Shown here one piece after another: positions 1 to 12,876 of a stretch of DNA of 64,000 nt. The stretch is from the NCBI GenBank assembly GCA_035221665.1, contig CM069139.1:75082001-75146000 (forward strand), read 5' to 3'. How positions within the stretch are numbered: position 1 is the stretch's first letter; each line of letters opens with the position of its first letter. The notes under the pieces are model-generated. The model ran no database searches. It saw only the letters and a program-made list of their open reading frames with translations, and was not told where the DNA came from. The DNA is from Okamejei kenojei. Its lineage: Eukaryota. The position numbers were made by a program, and so were the translations under genes.

Positions 1-29
1 CTAAACCCCCCCCCCCCCCCCCCCCCCCT

Positions 30-605
30 TGAACGTACAGCCCTGCACTCACTCTGCAACAATCCCGACTGGGTGATCGAACCTGCCGTGGTGGTCTGGC
101 GCGCTCTCCTCTACCGGTCTGAGGCCAGGCGACAACTCTCAGGCACCTCTTCCTACGTATCCTTGGACCAGGACCCCACAGACGAGCACCAGGCCATTAT
201 CTCAAACACCATCACGGGCTTCATCTCTTCCGGCTTCCAGCCCACCCAAGCCTCCAACCCCATCGTTCCCCAGCCCCGCACAGCCTGATTTTACCTTCTC
301 CCCAAAATCCACAAACCTGACTGTGCAGGGTTTGACCCATTGTTTCTGCTTGTTCTTGTCCCACCGAACTTATTTCCATCTACCTCGCCTCCATCCTATC
401 CTCTCTGGTCTAATCCCTCCCTATCTATATCCAAGACACCTCTTAGTCTCCTCCGTGACTTCCGTTTTCCAGGCCCCACTCCCTCATCTTCACCATGGAT
501 GTCCAGTCACTCTACACCATCCCCAATCAGGAGGGTCTTAAAGCCTTCGTTTCTTCCTCGACCGCAGAACCAACCAATCCCCATCTACAAATACTCTCCT
601 CCGCC
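30..605 (+). mobile_element. Penelope-like element, reverse transcriptase fragment (degenerate)
   Basis: Frameshifted peptides AVVVWR..EARRQLS..DPT, FYLLPKIHKPD and MDVQSLYT..EGLKA resemble PLE RT. Confidence 0.8.
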
Positions 606-1068
606 TCGGGTGAGAGGAGAGTGAAAGCGCGGATAACGATTCCCGGCTTTTGTGACCCGACATATGCATGGAAGTAAAGGATTAAGGGCACCATTGCGCG
701 GAATTACGAAGTGAAATGTGTGGTAATGGACATAGCGTATTGACAGGTTGGGTAAATGGATGTGAATTAAGAGAAAAATATGGATGGCGAAGATCCATTT
801 GATGAAACGCAGCAATGCCGCTGTAATGCGGTCCCTTTCCTTGTTAAGATCCATGGGAAGTATTGTTTTTAAGGTAACACTCAGCTCAGGTCCGGTTCCT
901 GTAGAAGGGATAAATTGAGGGTTACGAATAGCACTTTAACGGGGAAACATTTGGAGAGGGCGGCGGAGATAGGTTATGCAACTACCGGTCTGTTGGCCCG
1001 AGTGTTGGTAAAATACGTCCATGGAAGGGATTGCACACAGTGCATTGGTTACAGGCTGCTAGACTTAC

Positions 1069-1200
1069 GGGTTCCCAGACAAAACCAGAGACGCCGAGAT
1101 ACGCTCCTTTAAACGTCGCGATCGTTAAATGGTGTCCACTAAATTCATATTGCTTCTCTTCCTTTTCCCACAAGAGGGTAGTATCCTCAGAGCTGTTCAT
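1069..1200 (-). CDS. EEF1AKMT3: EEF1AKMT3/METTL21B-like paralog 0, exon 1 (remaining exons lie left of the window)
   Basis: ATG at 1200; 44 codons ending YEFSGHHLTIATFKGAYLGVSGFVWEP, then phase-0 GTAAGT donor at 1068. Homologous to exon 1 of the other copies. Confidence 0.85.
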
Positions 1201-1984
1201 CCTCTTTGGTTTTCAGTTGACTAACTGATCCACGGCAGGATGACTCCGGTCTTGGATATAAATTTCTACCAGATTGAGAACTACAAGTCTGGTAAAGCTA
1301 CTCTGAAGCAGAGATGCGTCGAATGTATTTCTAAAACCACTGTGCTGTATATTGGGGCTTGCGGAAAAACACATTGTGTCTACTGTGATAAAAAGATACA
1401 ACTGGCGAGTGAAATTATTCATTGAATTCAGCAGAGGGTATTGACCTTAGATTTTAGAACGGGTTCCTAGCCTGGTCGTGTTATAAATGTTACATTTACT
1501 TTACAAAGTACCCACGTAAATCCACCAGTTTTAGCTTAGTGACGTACTCTTATACTGAGCACATTGGTAATTATAATAACATTAACATCACCTGTCAGTT
1601 TTTAATAACACTTTTCTATCATAATCATATATTGGTGCTGCCGGAAGTTAATCTCCGAAAATAACCTAATATATTCGTATTTTTATTTCCAATGTTGAAG
1701 AAGTTGTTTCTAGTTGTTCGCTCCCTTCTATTTGGAACAAACTAGTTACAACTTAACGTGGATTTTTTCTTTAAAAGAAAATGGATGAGATATCGAAATA
1801 CCTTGACTGACATCCTCCCAAGTACTGTATTTAAGTGTTTATGGTGAGGCAAGCCCTTTGTTATAATATTGTTTTAAAGTATTATGTAATGACAACTTTC
1901 CAAATAATACTTTCAACGTTTAATCCTGCACTGCTACATCCACTACAGCTCAAAATAACGGAAGGGAACACATTTTTCAGGGTA

Positions 1985-2080
1985 AAACACAAGATCCTGG
2001 AATAATCCAGCGGGTCAGGTAACATCACTGGAAGACATGGATAGGTGACGTTTCGGATCGGGACCCTTCTTCAGAACGTC
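1985..2080. mobile_element. Penelope-derived short repeat with hammerhead-like core
   Basis: Minus strand reads CTGAAGA-AGGGTCCCGATCC-GAAACGTC; the same family recurs across the window. Confidence 0.6.
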
Positions 2081-4104
2081 GCGCACTGGTAGTTTCCTTG
2101 TGTCGGATGAAAAAAGTTCCCTTTATCCTAAGAACATTATTCTCGCAGGGGATGAAGAATCGCTGGAATTCTCTGCCCCATGGAATTGTGGAGGCTAGAT
2201 CATTGGCAGTAATTAAAGTTGTGGTAGATTGTTTTTAAGATTGAGCAGTTGAGGGATAGGGAATTGCCACAGAGATGGAGTTGAGGCCTGAGGTAGTTCA
2301 ACTATGGTTGAGGGTGTCAGGTGGCTTATTCATGCTGTTATCTTTTTTTATGTTCATGTGCACTATGCTGCTAATTTAGAGAAGAGCATGGCTGTTGCCC
2401 GCATCTACGGACTGCATATAAGAAGATTGAGGGCTGATTCCATTGAGATATATAATATTTTGCGAGGGAGAATGACGGTGCAGATATCACGATGGCGTGC
2501 CGGCAGACGAGAGATTCGAGAACTGGGTCACATATTGGGACAAAAATGTAACGTCGGAGTCACTCGCGGGTCAGTCAGACAGAGATATGGAAAGGGAAAT
2601 GGATAAAATTACAGATGCTACAGCCAGACCAGGTGACATAACGCGACAGTGAAAAATAAGTTAAGATCGATTATCCTTATTTATCTCTGCAATGCGTTTC
2701 TAATGGAGTTTTGGGATATTCCCAGCAGGCTGAACTATTCAGCAAATGAACAACTGAGTTACAATTATGATAGGATGAAGCAGAAGGAAAGAATGATTTT
2801 CCTCGTTCGATGATTCGATATTGTCTAGAAAACCCGTCTCCAATTTTCTGCAAGGTGGTCGCATGGATGTTTAGCTGCCGAGTACATCCAAGGCAAAGAG
2901 ATAAATCGGTTGGTGTATTCACCCCTAGATTAGTTGGGTAATCGGGACGTTGTGGGATATAAGTCTTAGAGAATAGGTTATTGGGAAATGAGCGGGAGCA
3001 TGGAACCAAGGCGAGTGCTCACAGATTTGCATTGACCATAGTTGATTCACGTCAGGCCTCAACAGCATATAAGATGGATTGACATTTGAACACTGATCAA
3101 GAGACATGGGGATTCGATGGGAAATGGATTAGAGGTGCAGAATGAACAGTTACCTGGGTCGTATCATATTGTTGCCTGTGGGAGCTTGCTGTGCTTAATT
3201 TCATTCCCTTCTTTCCAACATTACAATAATGACTACAATGAAAAGCATTTCGTTGAAGGTAACCCGCGACGGGCTCTTATCAGCATCCATTAATATATTC
3301 GAATAACTGGAACAAGAAAGTCAGAATTTTACGAATTTTGTAGAACTGGGGTCGCCAGCCATGACGTGATAAAACTCACCATTCTACAAACAACTGAATA
3401 ACAATGACTATAATAATCCTAATGTTAAAGATAATAACGTTAAAGTAATAAATACCACCACGGTGATCTAGATGTAATCCGTGATATGGATTTGCGTTTT
3501 TGACGGTTAATGAGATTGGCAATATAGATAGGAGATGTGCGAAAGACTAACAATCAAAATCACGGAAGACCAAGGACACCACACACCGCAAAGCGCCTGG
3601 AAATGCCTTTCCCATTCTGCAGAAAACATCGATGTCCTATGTTTCCGCCCGTACAACAAAGGTGGAATACTCCGCTTTAACCTTACGCTCAACGTTTAAC
3701 CTGCGCAAATCCGCATCACAGAATATTGCCCAATAATAACACGGTTATTATTTGATCACTGAGTGAATGGGAGCAGGCAGATGGGATTAGTTTTGCTTGG
3801 TCAATTTGGTCGGCATGGACGAATTGGCCAAAGAGCCAGTTTCCATTCTGTGTAGCTCTGTAACCATAATCCCCGTATTTGCTCGGGCCCATCTGATACA
3901 GTTCATTTGTTACCCGCTCATGTTACCCGCTCATGTTACCCGCAGAGAATAGAAAGTGCACTTGATCAGTGTGTTTTTGTCAGTACATAGAGTAACACTT
4001 AATCTACGCCTGTGAGGAGGTCAGGGGATGGGTGGTCTTGGTGAAATTCAAACTTGGTGAGTAAGTCACTGGTGAATGAGTGCTTCTTGATAGCTTTGTT
4101 GATG

Positions 4105-4350
4105 ATGAGCTTGATCGCCCCGACGAGGGGGGCCGCCGCCGGCCACTGGAGTAAGATCGCCGGAGGAGAAAGAAGGGAGAAGTGAAACTTTTTTTCCGCC
4201 TTCCGGAGGAGTCACTGTTGTGGATGTTTATGCTAAAGTGTATTTTGTGTGCTCTGCCGCTTTTTATTGGTATGACTATATGGGAAATCAAATTATTCAC
4301 ATGTTGCAAAACATACTTGGCCAATAAAGTATGATTATGATTGTTATGAT
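4105..4350 (+). mobile_element. Short retroposon remnant with AATAAA and (TGATTA)n tail
   Basis: GC-rich head and a 3' end (aataaagtatgattatgatt) similar in layout to the elements at 53600 and 56900-59095. Confidence 0.45.
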
Positions 4351-5089
4351 AACACAGCACTATGCTGGTGATCTAGAGCAGACTGAATAGGCAGTAAATC
4401 GTTATGGACGCACGGGCGGGTGGTCTCAAAGCTCTCAAAGCTCTCCGTGTACAATCCTCTGAGCCATTTGATAATATTTATGGAGAGAATGAAATTGGCG
4501 GGAGGCCGATTTATGTAATGGCGGAGACCTCACGAGAAAGCTGAGAGCTTGTCACAATAGCCGTTTCAATTCCACCACCATTTACGACCACGCCATTGAT
4601 TATGAGGTGGATTAGCTCTCCACGCTGACGTTGCTGTTTTGTGCGCATATATGAAAGCTTCACTCTGTTGGTAGCCATCATTTTTGTGCTGCTCCCGACC
4701 ATTCTGGCAACAGATGTACCTGACACACAGTACCCACAGTTTACATGCTGCTTACCTTTGCTTATAAGTCTTGGACATGCTTTGGGATTTTAATGAAACA
4801 TGAGATTCCCATATCCCTAGAAATATTCCCAATATAGATTCCCTAGAAATATTCCCAATATAGATATTTTGCCAAAGCCCCGACCTGTTCATTTTCCAAG
4901 GATATTTATCACAATTTTCGATGTTATCTTTGCGTTTCTCTACGCCCTCTTGGTAATTTCTGGCAAAGCATATCGTCGGCTTTGGGTATTAAGCGTAATA
5001 CGCATAACTAGGCTGTGGCGTATATTTATAATGGATGTTAATTGACGAAAGATTTAAAAATGAGTTTCTATCTGCTGATTCTTGGAGAG

Positions 5090-5780
5090 GTTGGAAGGTA
5101 GAACAAACAGTAGAGGAACAGACCCTTCGGCACACAATTACTATCCCGAACCCGATGCAAAGGGACACTAATCTTCTCTCCCTGCAAAGGCTCCATATTC
5201 CTGCATTTCCATGTGCTTATCTGAAAACCTCTTAAACGCCACCATTGCATCTCCTCCACCACTACCCCTGGCAGCGCGCTATAGGCATCCACTATTCTCT
5301 GTGTAATATTCATGTCCCGCACATACCTGTGAAATCTTCCCAACCTGACTAAGTCATGCCCTGTAGTCTTTGACATTTCAATTCTGGGAAACAGGTTGTG
5401 ACCGTGTACCTTATCTATGGCTCTCATAATTTGTATACACCTTTGTTAGGTCTTTACTCAACCCCCGACAGAGAAAATAATTTAAATCCGTCCAACATCT
5501 CCTTGTAGCTAACACTCTCGAAACCAAGCAACGTTCTGGGCAACCTCTTCTGCCCCCCTCTAAAGCTTCCAAATCCTTCTTCAAATGGGGGCGACCAGAA
5601 CTGTACACAATACTCAAAACACGGCCTATCCAAAGTGTTATAAAGCTGCCACATGGCTTACTGACATTTTACTCAATGCCCCGATCGATGAAAGCACGCA
5701 TGCCACCCCCCTCTATACCATCTGCCTACTCGTGTTGCCACTTCCAGGGAGTTTTGGACTTTAATCCCCTGTACATTCAT
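5090..5780 (-). mobile_element. CR1-type LINE 3' fragment
   Basis: [23 protein letters not shown]-like motif and a typical CR1 3' UTR. Confidence 0.85.
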
Positions 5781-7209
5781 GTTGTTAAAAATGTTGCCTT
5801 TATGCATTTTGATTATTTTTATTCCTGCCTGTGGGTTTAAATATAATTCAAACGTACAATGACGCTCTCAATATAATCTTGCCCTCAGATTTGGTGTTTC
5901 GCAATCTATTCCGCACATTCTGCTCTCCGTGGTTGCTTGAGAACAACGCAGAATTATTTTTCTTATTTCCTGGTATACACCAGTTTCCTTATCATTGACC
6001 TCAAGAAAGTATATATTTTTAGTTTCACACTAACATTCGTCATATTTGTGCAGAACAGGAGCATATTCTTCCCGAATGTCCTACGTTCGTGTTTGTTCCC
6101 TTATTGCATGATACTGAGTAGCATAATGCGTCTCCAAGTATTTATCTCAAAGGCAAGTCAAATCGAGCATGACGAAGCCGCTTGTAATTTAACACAAAGT
6201 AATCTTCGTTGTATAACTATTGAACCTTTGATAAAACAAAACAATTGTGTTGCAATATTCCTTTACGCAAGTTCCTTAATTTGTTATTATTCACTTTGAC
6301 GAAATGTGGTTCAAAATGTTACAACGAATACTTTACGAGGCCGGGCTTTCTTTCTAAATTAGTCTCGGGTTTCTTCAAAGTGTCCAGCTGCTGGGGCAGT
6401 GGAAAGCAGGGTTTTGACTTCATTGAAGACCCGTCTTCAGGCAAGCTATGATAGAAATGTTTTTTTTTAGAAAAAAGCTTTGCCAAAAATCCTCTTTGAA
6501 CATATCCCTTGTGTGCCTGTTTTTTTTTTAATGGCACAACATTGGATGTGGAAACCTGAAATCTAGAAAATTGACGGGTTGTGGGAATGGGTTATAGAAA
6601 AAAGTAAATGGGCCAATCTGGTTGTTCTTTTAGACTCCATAAACTTGATGGACCAAATGACCCCCTTTCCGTTTCGTAAAGAAATGTGTAAATAAGTCAA
6701 CAGGACTAGTTCCTCTTCTCACAGCGTGACGTCCACAACTTCAAGACCCGGATTGTTAAAGTTAGATAATTACTTTGCATTTCATTATTAACCAACGACA
6801 TAAGTGCAGTTCAATTTTACCTAGTCTGTCAAGAACCAAGATGGCTCTACTTTATAGAAACTAGTTGACTTCATCGTCACATGATCATTTTTCTCAATGG
6901 TACACCCACACAAACCATATCACATTTCACACATGTCACAACAAAATATTGCGAGATTAACCGAGAGTGTTTCTAAATATATTTAAAAGATTGAAGCTAC
7001 TATGTTGGTAGCCAGGGTAGAATGATCTAGGTAGCAACTGGGTCAGTTAAGACAATGTCCGTGCAAAGAGAAACAGTGTCAGCATTTCAAGTCCATGATC
7101 TTTCATCAGAACGAGACAAACCCCGAGATAAATGTATCGAACTGCAGAGATAATTGGATAGAAAGGTGGAAAAAAATGAAGTAAATGACTGGACAGATTA
7201 TGTGGTCTG

Positions 7210-8330
7210 AACATAGAAAAGTACAGTACTGGAACAGGTTGTGCCGAACATAATGTTAAGACCTACACTTATCTGCCTACATAAAATCAATACCCCTCGT
7301 TCCCGGCAAATCGATGTCACTATCCAAAATTTTCTTAAATCCCACTATCGTATCGGCCTTAACCATCTCTCCCGAGAGCGCGTTCCATGCACTATATAAA
7401 TAATTTGCCGCAAACATCTCCTTTAAACTTTGCCCCTTCATTAAAAAAAACCTCACACTCTCTATCTGTGGATCTCCTAATTTTATCATCTCATAAGGCG
7501 GCACCGAGGCACATTGGTAGAGTTGCTGTCTTACAGCGCCAGAGACCCGGGTTCGATCCTTCATTTTCTCCAGAGATGCTGCCTGTCCCGCTGAGTTACT
7601 CCAGCCCTTTGTGTCAATCTTAGGTGCCCCTAGGGTTCTGCGAATTGTCCCTAGTGCGTAGGATAGAAATAATGTAACCGTTGGTGGACGGGGTCTCGGT
7701 GGACCGAAGCGTCTGTTTCCAGGCTGTACCGCTAAACTAAACTAATTTTATATACTTCTACTAGGCCTCCCCTCAACCTCAGTGGAAGCAATCCAAGTGT
7801 ATCCAACCTATCCCTGGAGCTAATGCCGCCTATTCTGGTAAACGTCCTCTGCACCCTCTCCAAAGCCTTCACATCATTTATGTAATGGGACAACCAGAAC
7901 TGCACGCAATACTCCAAATGCGGCATAACCAAAATCCGATAAAGCTGCATCATGACTTCCCGCCTCATACTCATTGCCTGGAACAATGAAGGCAAGAATG
8001 CCATAAGCTTTCTTCACCACTCTATCTACTTGTGTTGCCATTTTCAGGGAGTTAAGGACTTGGACCATATGATCCCTAGTAACATCAACGTTGTTGTCTA
8101 CTATTTGTGTCATTTCTCCTTACGTTCATAGTGCAACACCTCACACTTGCTCGGATCAAACGCCATATGTCATTCTCCGCTTGTTTTTCTAGCTGGTCTA
8201 TAACCCCACTGCACACTGTGACAGCCACCCTCGCAGTCCGCGACACCAGCAATCTTGTTTGATCTGCAAACTTACTAATCAGTCCATCTATGTTTACCTC
8301 TAAGCACAAACAACAGCGGTCCTACAACAG
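7210..8330 (-). mobile_element. CR1-type LINE fragment interrupted by a SINE
   Basis: ISKFAD, VVKKAYGILAFI and [10 protein letters not shown] motifs. Confidence 0.85.
7497..7745 (+). mobile_element. tRNA-derived V-SINE-like element
   Basis: A-box-like TGGTAGAGTTG, B-box GGTTCGATCC and (AAACT)n tail. Confidence 0.7.
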
Positions 8331-8528
8331 ATCCCACCCAGCCTGAATATCGTCCTTCCATCCATCTATCCAAACCCCAGTGGCCAGCAGTCGGTATGTG
8401 GCCTTTCAAGGGGAGATGTTAATCACGTTGACAGAGATGATACCAATTACATTACATGCTTGAAATTGTCAATAAAAACATAAATGCCGCAAATTCTCAT
8501 TAACTAAAACTGCAAAGGTTATTATTGA

Positions 8529-8675
8529 TAGACACAAAATCCTGGAGTAACTCAGCGGGTCAGACAGCATTTCTGGAGAAAAGGAATAGGTGACCTTTCG
8601 TGTCGAGACCCTTCAGACGAAAGGTCATCCATTCCTTTCCATACTCCAGCTTTGTGTGTCTGCAGTTCCTTCTTA
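8529..8675. mobile_element. Penelope-derived palindromic element
   Basis: Inverted arms gacacaaaatcctggagta...tactccagctttgtgtgtc. Confidence 0.65.
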
Positions 8676-9335
8676 CAGATTATTATCGAGGCGAGAAGGT
8701 TGTTAAATGTGGTCGGAAGATTTGGCATGCTTACTAATTCCTCTACTGAGACATTGAGAGAGGGATAGAGTATGGGCAACACGATCGAGTTAGAACGGAA
8801 TGCAGAGTGATAGTGAGCGGGCGGTATGGTCACTCTTAAGACTGATGAGAGTGAGGGCTGGGGGTTAGAAAGGGTGTTCGGCAGAGCTGTCTCCTACATG
8901 TTTTAGCCTGCCTGGCACAGGGAAGGACAGGGAATGAACAGCGAGCGCAGTGCAACGTCCAAACAGGTTACAAGTAAATCGCCGTTTCACCGGGAGAGGG
9001 GCAGTGTAACCTGTGAAAGTTGCAGAGACATGCATCACCCGGCCCGCTGCACTGGGCGGCGGGGAATCGTGTGCAGGTAGAGATGGGGATAAGAACCAGG
9101 GCGGGATCGGTCCCAGCCAATGCAATATTGCCGAAAAGGATCGAATTAATGCAGGCACTGGGCAGTGAACTCAGTCAGCACCCTCCAGCTGCACACCGAC
9201 TTTTAAAATTAAAGTTCATGATTTTGGAGAGGGTTTCTTTGGCTGTCAGCTTGATCTAATTCTCCGGGCTTCCGTGCTTCTGGCTGATCACGCATTTCTT
9301 TATCACTGATCACAGCATAGCGCATAGACCTTATC

Positions 9336-9390
9336 TGATTGGTCGCTCGGGAGTTAGCGAGTGTGGGCGGACGTGTGGGCGCCATATAAA
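9336..9390 (+). promoter_or_regulatory. Candidate core promoter of paralog 1
   Basis: Inverted CCAAT at 9338-9342, GC box GGGCGG at 9365-9370, TATAAA at 9385-9390, about 50 nt before the ATG. Confidence 0.65.
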
Positions 9391-9441
9391 CGCTGCCTTC
9401 CACGCATCGCAGTTCACCAGGAGCGCATCGTACCGGCGAGG

Positions 9442-9612
9442 ATGACCACAGTCGCAATCTCAGAACATTCCGGCGATAATGAGCCGAAGGAGGAGCGTGC
9501 CGCCGCTGGTGGCTACATCACCTACAGCAACTTTCAGTTTTGCGGATACAATTTAAAGATCGCTCGAATAGTGGATGATATCATGGGCGTGTCTGCTTAT
9601 GTCTGGGACGCT
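9442..9612 (+). CDS. EEF1AKMT3: EEF1AKMT3-like paralog 1, exon 1 of 3 (225 aa in total)
   Basis: MTTVAISEH...FQFCGYNLKIARIVDDIMGVSAYVWDA, then GTAAGT. Exons of 171+112+395 = 678 nt join in frame. Confidence 0.9.
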
Positions 9613-10507
9613 GTAAGTCCGCGAAATGATTGGACTAACGGAAAGCCCATCTCTTAGAACTTGCTTACTTTTTGAATCTTAGTAATCACTTCCTTTCCGA
9701 TGAACTGTCTCCCAACTGAAACGTTAACTGGGTCCGTCTCCGCAGATGCTGCCTGACCCGCCGGGTGTTTCTAGTATTTTATTTTGTTTTCTTTTAAGTC
9801 ATCCTTTCCTCTTATTTCCTTTGCACGGATTTGGAAATCATTTCATTACAGAAAAAAAAACACTTCACGTTGATTAGCACGGTTAGAACATCCCGTGCAC
9901 GGGGGGGGGGGGGGGGGGTCTAGGTTGGGCTGGGTTGGTCTCTGCCGTATTATCAAGTTTAACATTAAATAAATGTGGGAGACCCAGTGATGCGAAGTAA
10001 ATAATCTGACCTCGAGATGGTAATAATTCCCTTGCCTCTTGTTGTTGGGTCTCATTTCCTCGCCATAAGTGGCCAAATGTCAGAGATATACACGATATGC
10101 TTGTGTAACTCAGTGGGGCAGGCAGCATCTCTGGAGGGAAGGAATGGACGACATTTCGGGTCGCGACCCATCTTCAGACTATGAGGACGAGTCTGGGAAA
10201 AGTAGTGTAAGCCCTGGCGACGAGGGTCATGGTGGCAGTGGGTACCGTTGGCGATTGCGTCTAACTATTTTCTTATGAAGGGTTCAGCAGTGCTTTCGCA
10301 AACAGCAAAATCAACCGGAGGGAACAAGACCTGCGGTGCATGCAATGCAGGAATATATCAGCAGGTCGGACAGCAGCTTTATAGTGAGAAACCGAAATGA
10401 TTTTGTAATCCATTGCCCTGTCATCAGAACAGATCAGGGCTGATCTGATGGAGAAGTGTCCAGTGCGGTATCCTCTTCCTTAACAATTGGTATCTGCTCC
10501 ACGATGA

Positions 10508-10684
<177 letters not shown>

Positions 10685-10769
10685 TGAAAAGATTGTGAAC
10701 TGAATGGAACAATCACATGCAAAATAATTAGGGGAATCTAAATCGGGGAAAGTGACCAAGTGCAATGTG

Positions 10770-11087
10770 GAAACAAAGAATCGCAGTTGCTGGTTTTCTG
10801 GAGAAAATGGGCAGTTGACGTTTCGGCTCGGGACCCTTCTTTAGACTGAAAGTTGGAGGTGGTGGTGGGGCTGTGGGGCAGTGGGGGCTGGAGGTGAGAA
10901 AAGACTAAGATCGCGCCCGGCACCAAATGACCTCCGGCAGGATGATGCCCTGATAGACCAATTGTTGGCTACCGAATGTGTGATCTCAAGAGGGATAGAT
11001 AGACTGTGGTGAACTGTGGAACTCGTTCAATGACTAGCGTGGGGAAGGGGGCAAGGACGGGAGGGGAGTGTTAGTAGAAGTGACTTC
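10770..11087 (-). mobile_element. Penelope-like element terminal part, split by the DIRS insertion
   Basis: Hammerhead-like terminal motif near 10817; the sequence appears to continue at 15324. Confidence 0.6.
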
Positions 11088-11509
11088 AAATAGTAAGATT
11101 ACACGAGAACTTTATTTTATGAGGAGTTACGATGAGCGATTACATGAAAAAGGCCGTCAGCCACATGCGCGTCATCCTACAAAGCAGCAGTGTGAAATCA
11201 CAGAATAACAGTTGCTGAACTGACTATATAGTAAGATACGAGAGACTAGAATATCAGCTGATACTCTATGAGGGTTGGGAGCGGTAGGCACCTAATCGCT
11301 CATCGTAACCCCTCATAAAATAAAGATCAAACTTCAAACTGGTAAGTTCTCATTTAATCTTACTATTTTACTCCGGAGTCATGTGAGACTATGTGAAGAC
11401 TTTGAAGCTCTGTGATTTCATGCCGTGGATGCAAGTCCAAGCCACACACTGTATTGGTTGACCAAGGATGAGAGATAAATGCAATCAGACATGACAATTT
11501 TTTAAAACA

Positions 11510-11866
11510 TATAACCATATAACAATTACAGCACGGAAACAGGCCCTCTCGGCCCTTCCAGTCCGTGCCGACCATTTGTTTTCCCCTAGTCCCATCTACC
11601 TGCACTCAGACTATACCCCTCCATTCCCTTCACGTCCATATACCTATCCACCTTAGTCTTAAATGTTAAGATCGATCCTGCCTCCACCACTTCTGCTGGA
11701 AGCTCATTCCACACAGCCACCACCCTCTGAGTAAAGAAGTTCCCCCTCACGTTACCCCGAAACTTCTGTCCCTCAATTCTCATGTCATGCCCTCTTGTTT
11801 GAATCTTCCCTACCCTCAATGGGAAAAACGTATCCACGTCAACTCTGTCTATCCCTTTCAACATTC
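11510..11866 (-). mobile_element. CR1-type LINE 3' end nested in the DIRS element
   Basis: TRGHDM..RGNFFTQRVVAVWNELP plus CR1 3' UTR and tail. Confidence 0.88.
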
Positions 11867-12276
11867 TTTCATCATTTCAACATGCTGATGCTTTTAATGG
11901 ACAAATTATAATAACAGTAGATCCTCTCATCCAGGGAACTACATAACAGAACTTAAACCGGTTGGCAAAAGCCCCTGGTCTGGTGACAGGTCTATGATAG
12001 AATGTCTGAAATGTGCGTTCTCTAGACCATCCTGCAGTCGCTAGGAGCTGGTCTTAGCGGGATGTCCATAATCCTCGCTGCTGACGTGGATGCAGCCCTG
12101 GTGGAGTGAGATTTAAAATAGTCAGTATTGTCTCCTGCATATGTCAGAACCTGTTACAGCCACCTCGACATGGTCTGAACTGAGACCTTTTTGTGAGGTT
12201 TCTTAAAACTAACAAATACTGCTTGTTCTGAGCCCCTAAGGCTTCTTAGTGACCTTTATATATAGCTGGAGGTGTG

Positions 12277-12876
12277 TTACCACACATAGCCGGAGTCCAA
12301 GGGGTAAGCCGCAAAATGAAGCTTTAGGACGGATGTACCTGTTCTACTTTGCTTGTGTAACGACTGTGCCCATTGAGCTAACACCAACGCCATTAGCATC
12401 ACTACTTTGTACGTGAGTTGGACCAGGGACAGGGATGTTGCCGGTACCCACCGGCGGAGCAGAGTTAACACTGTGCCTACATCCCATATTTCCGTATTCC
12501 TGGGCCTGGGAGGGCTCATGTTGAAGATGCCCTTCATGAGCCTGGACACTAGAGGGTGAGACCCAACAGGGTGGTGTCCAGATCCCTGCCACAAATATGC
12601 GGATAGTGCACTTCTGGCACAATTGATAGCACTATAACTGAGCTTCTCATCAAAGAATAGATTTGAGAGAAACTCTAACACATTGGTTATCTGTGCTGAG
12701 TCATATGATATATTGGCTTGTGAACAGTACACTTCCCACTTCCTAATGTAGGAGATGTATTGTTTCTTTGTACTGTCTCTCCAGCCTGCAGCGAGTACAT
12801 CGATCATGCGATCAGACAATCCGAGCCCCAAGAAAGGTCTTCCAGACTCTGTGAACCAATAAATTAATTTGGTCAT
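12277..12876 (-). pseudogene. DIRS tyrosine recombinase, N-terminal part (disrupted)
   Basis: WRDSTKKQY..IRKWEVYC..VLEFL..LSYSAINCARSALS..HPLVSRLMKGIFN..WDV..LTYKVVMLMAL. Confidence 0.85.

Noticed and set aside
4511-4726. 71-aa ORF between the divergent paralogs 0 and 1
   Set aside because: No recognisable motif or exon partners; possibly decayed transposon sequence.
3908-4865. Short tandem duplications (13 bp at 3908-3943; about 25 bp at 4816-4865)
   Set aside because: Ordinary slippage duplications with no further structure.
7497-7560. tRNA-like sequences here and near 43425 and 50420
   Set aside because: These are SINE heads followed by SINE bodies, not tRNA genes.
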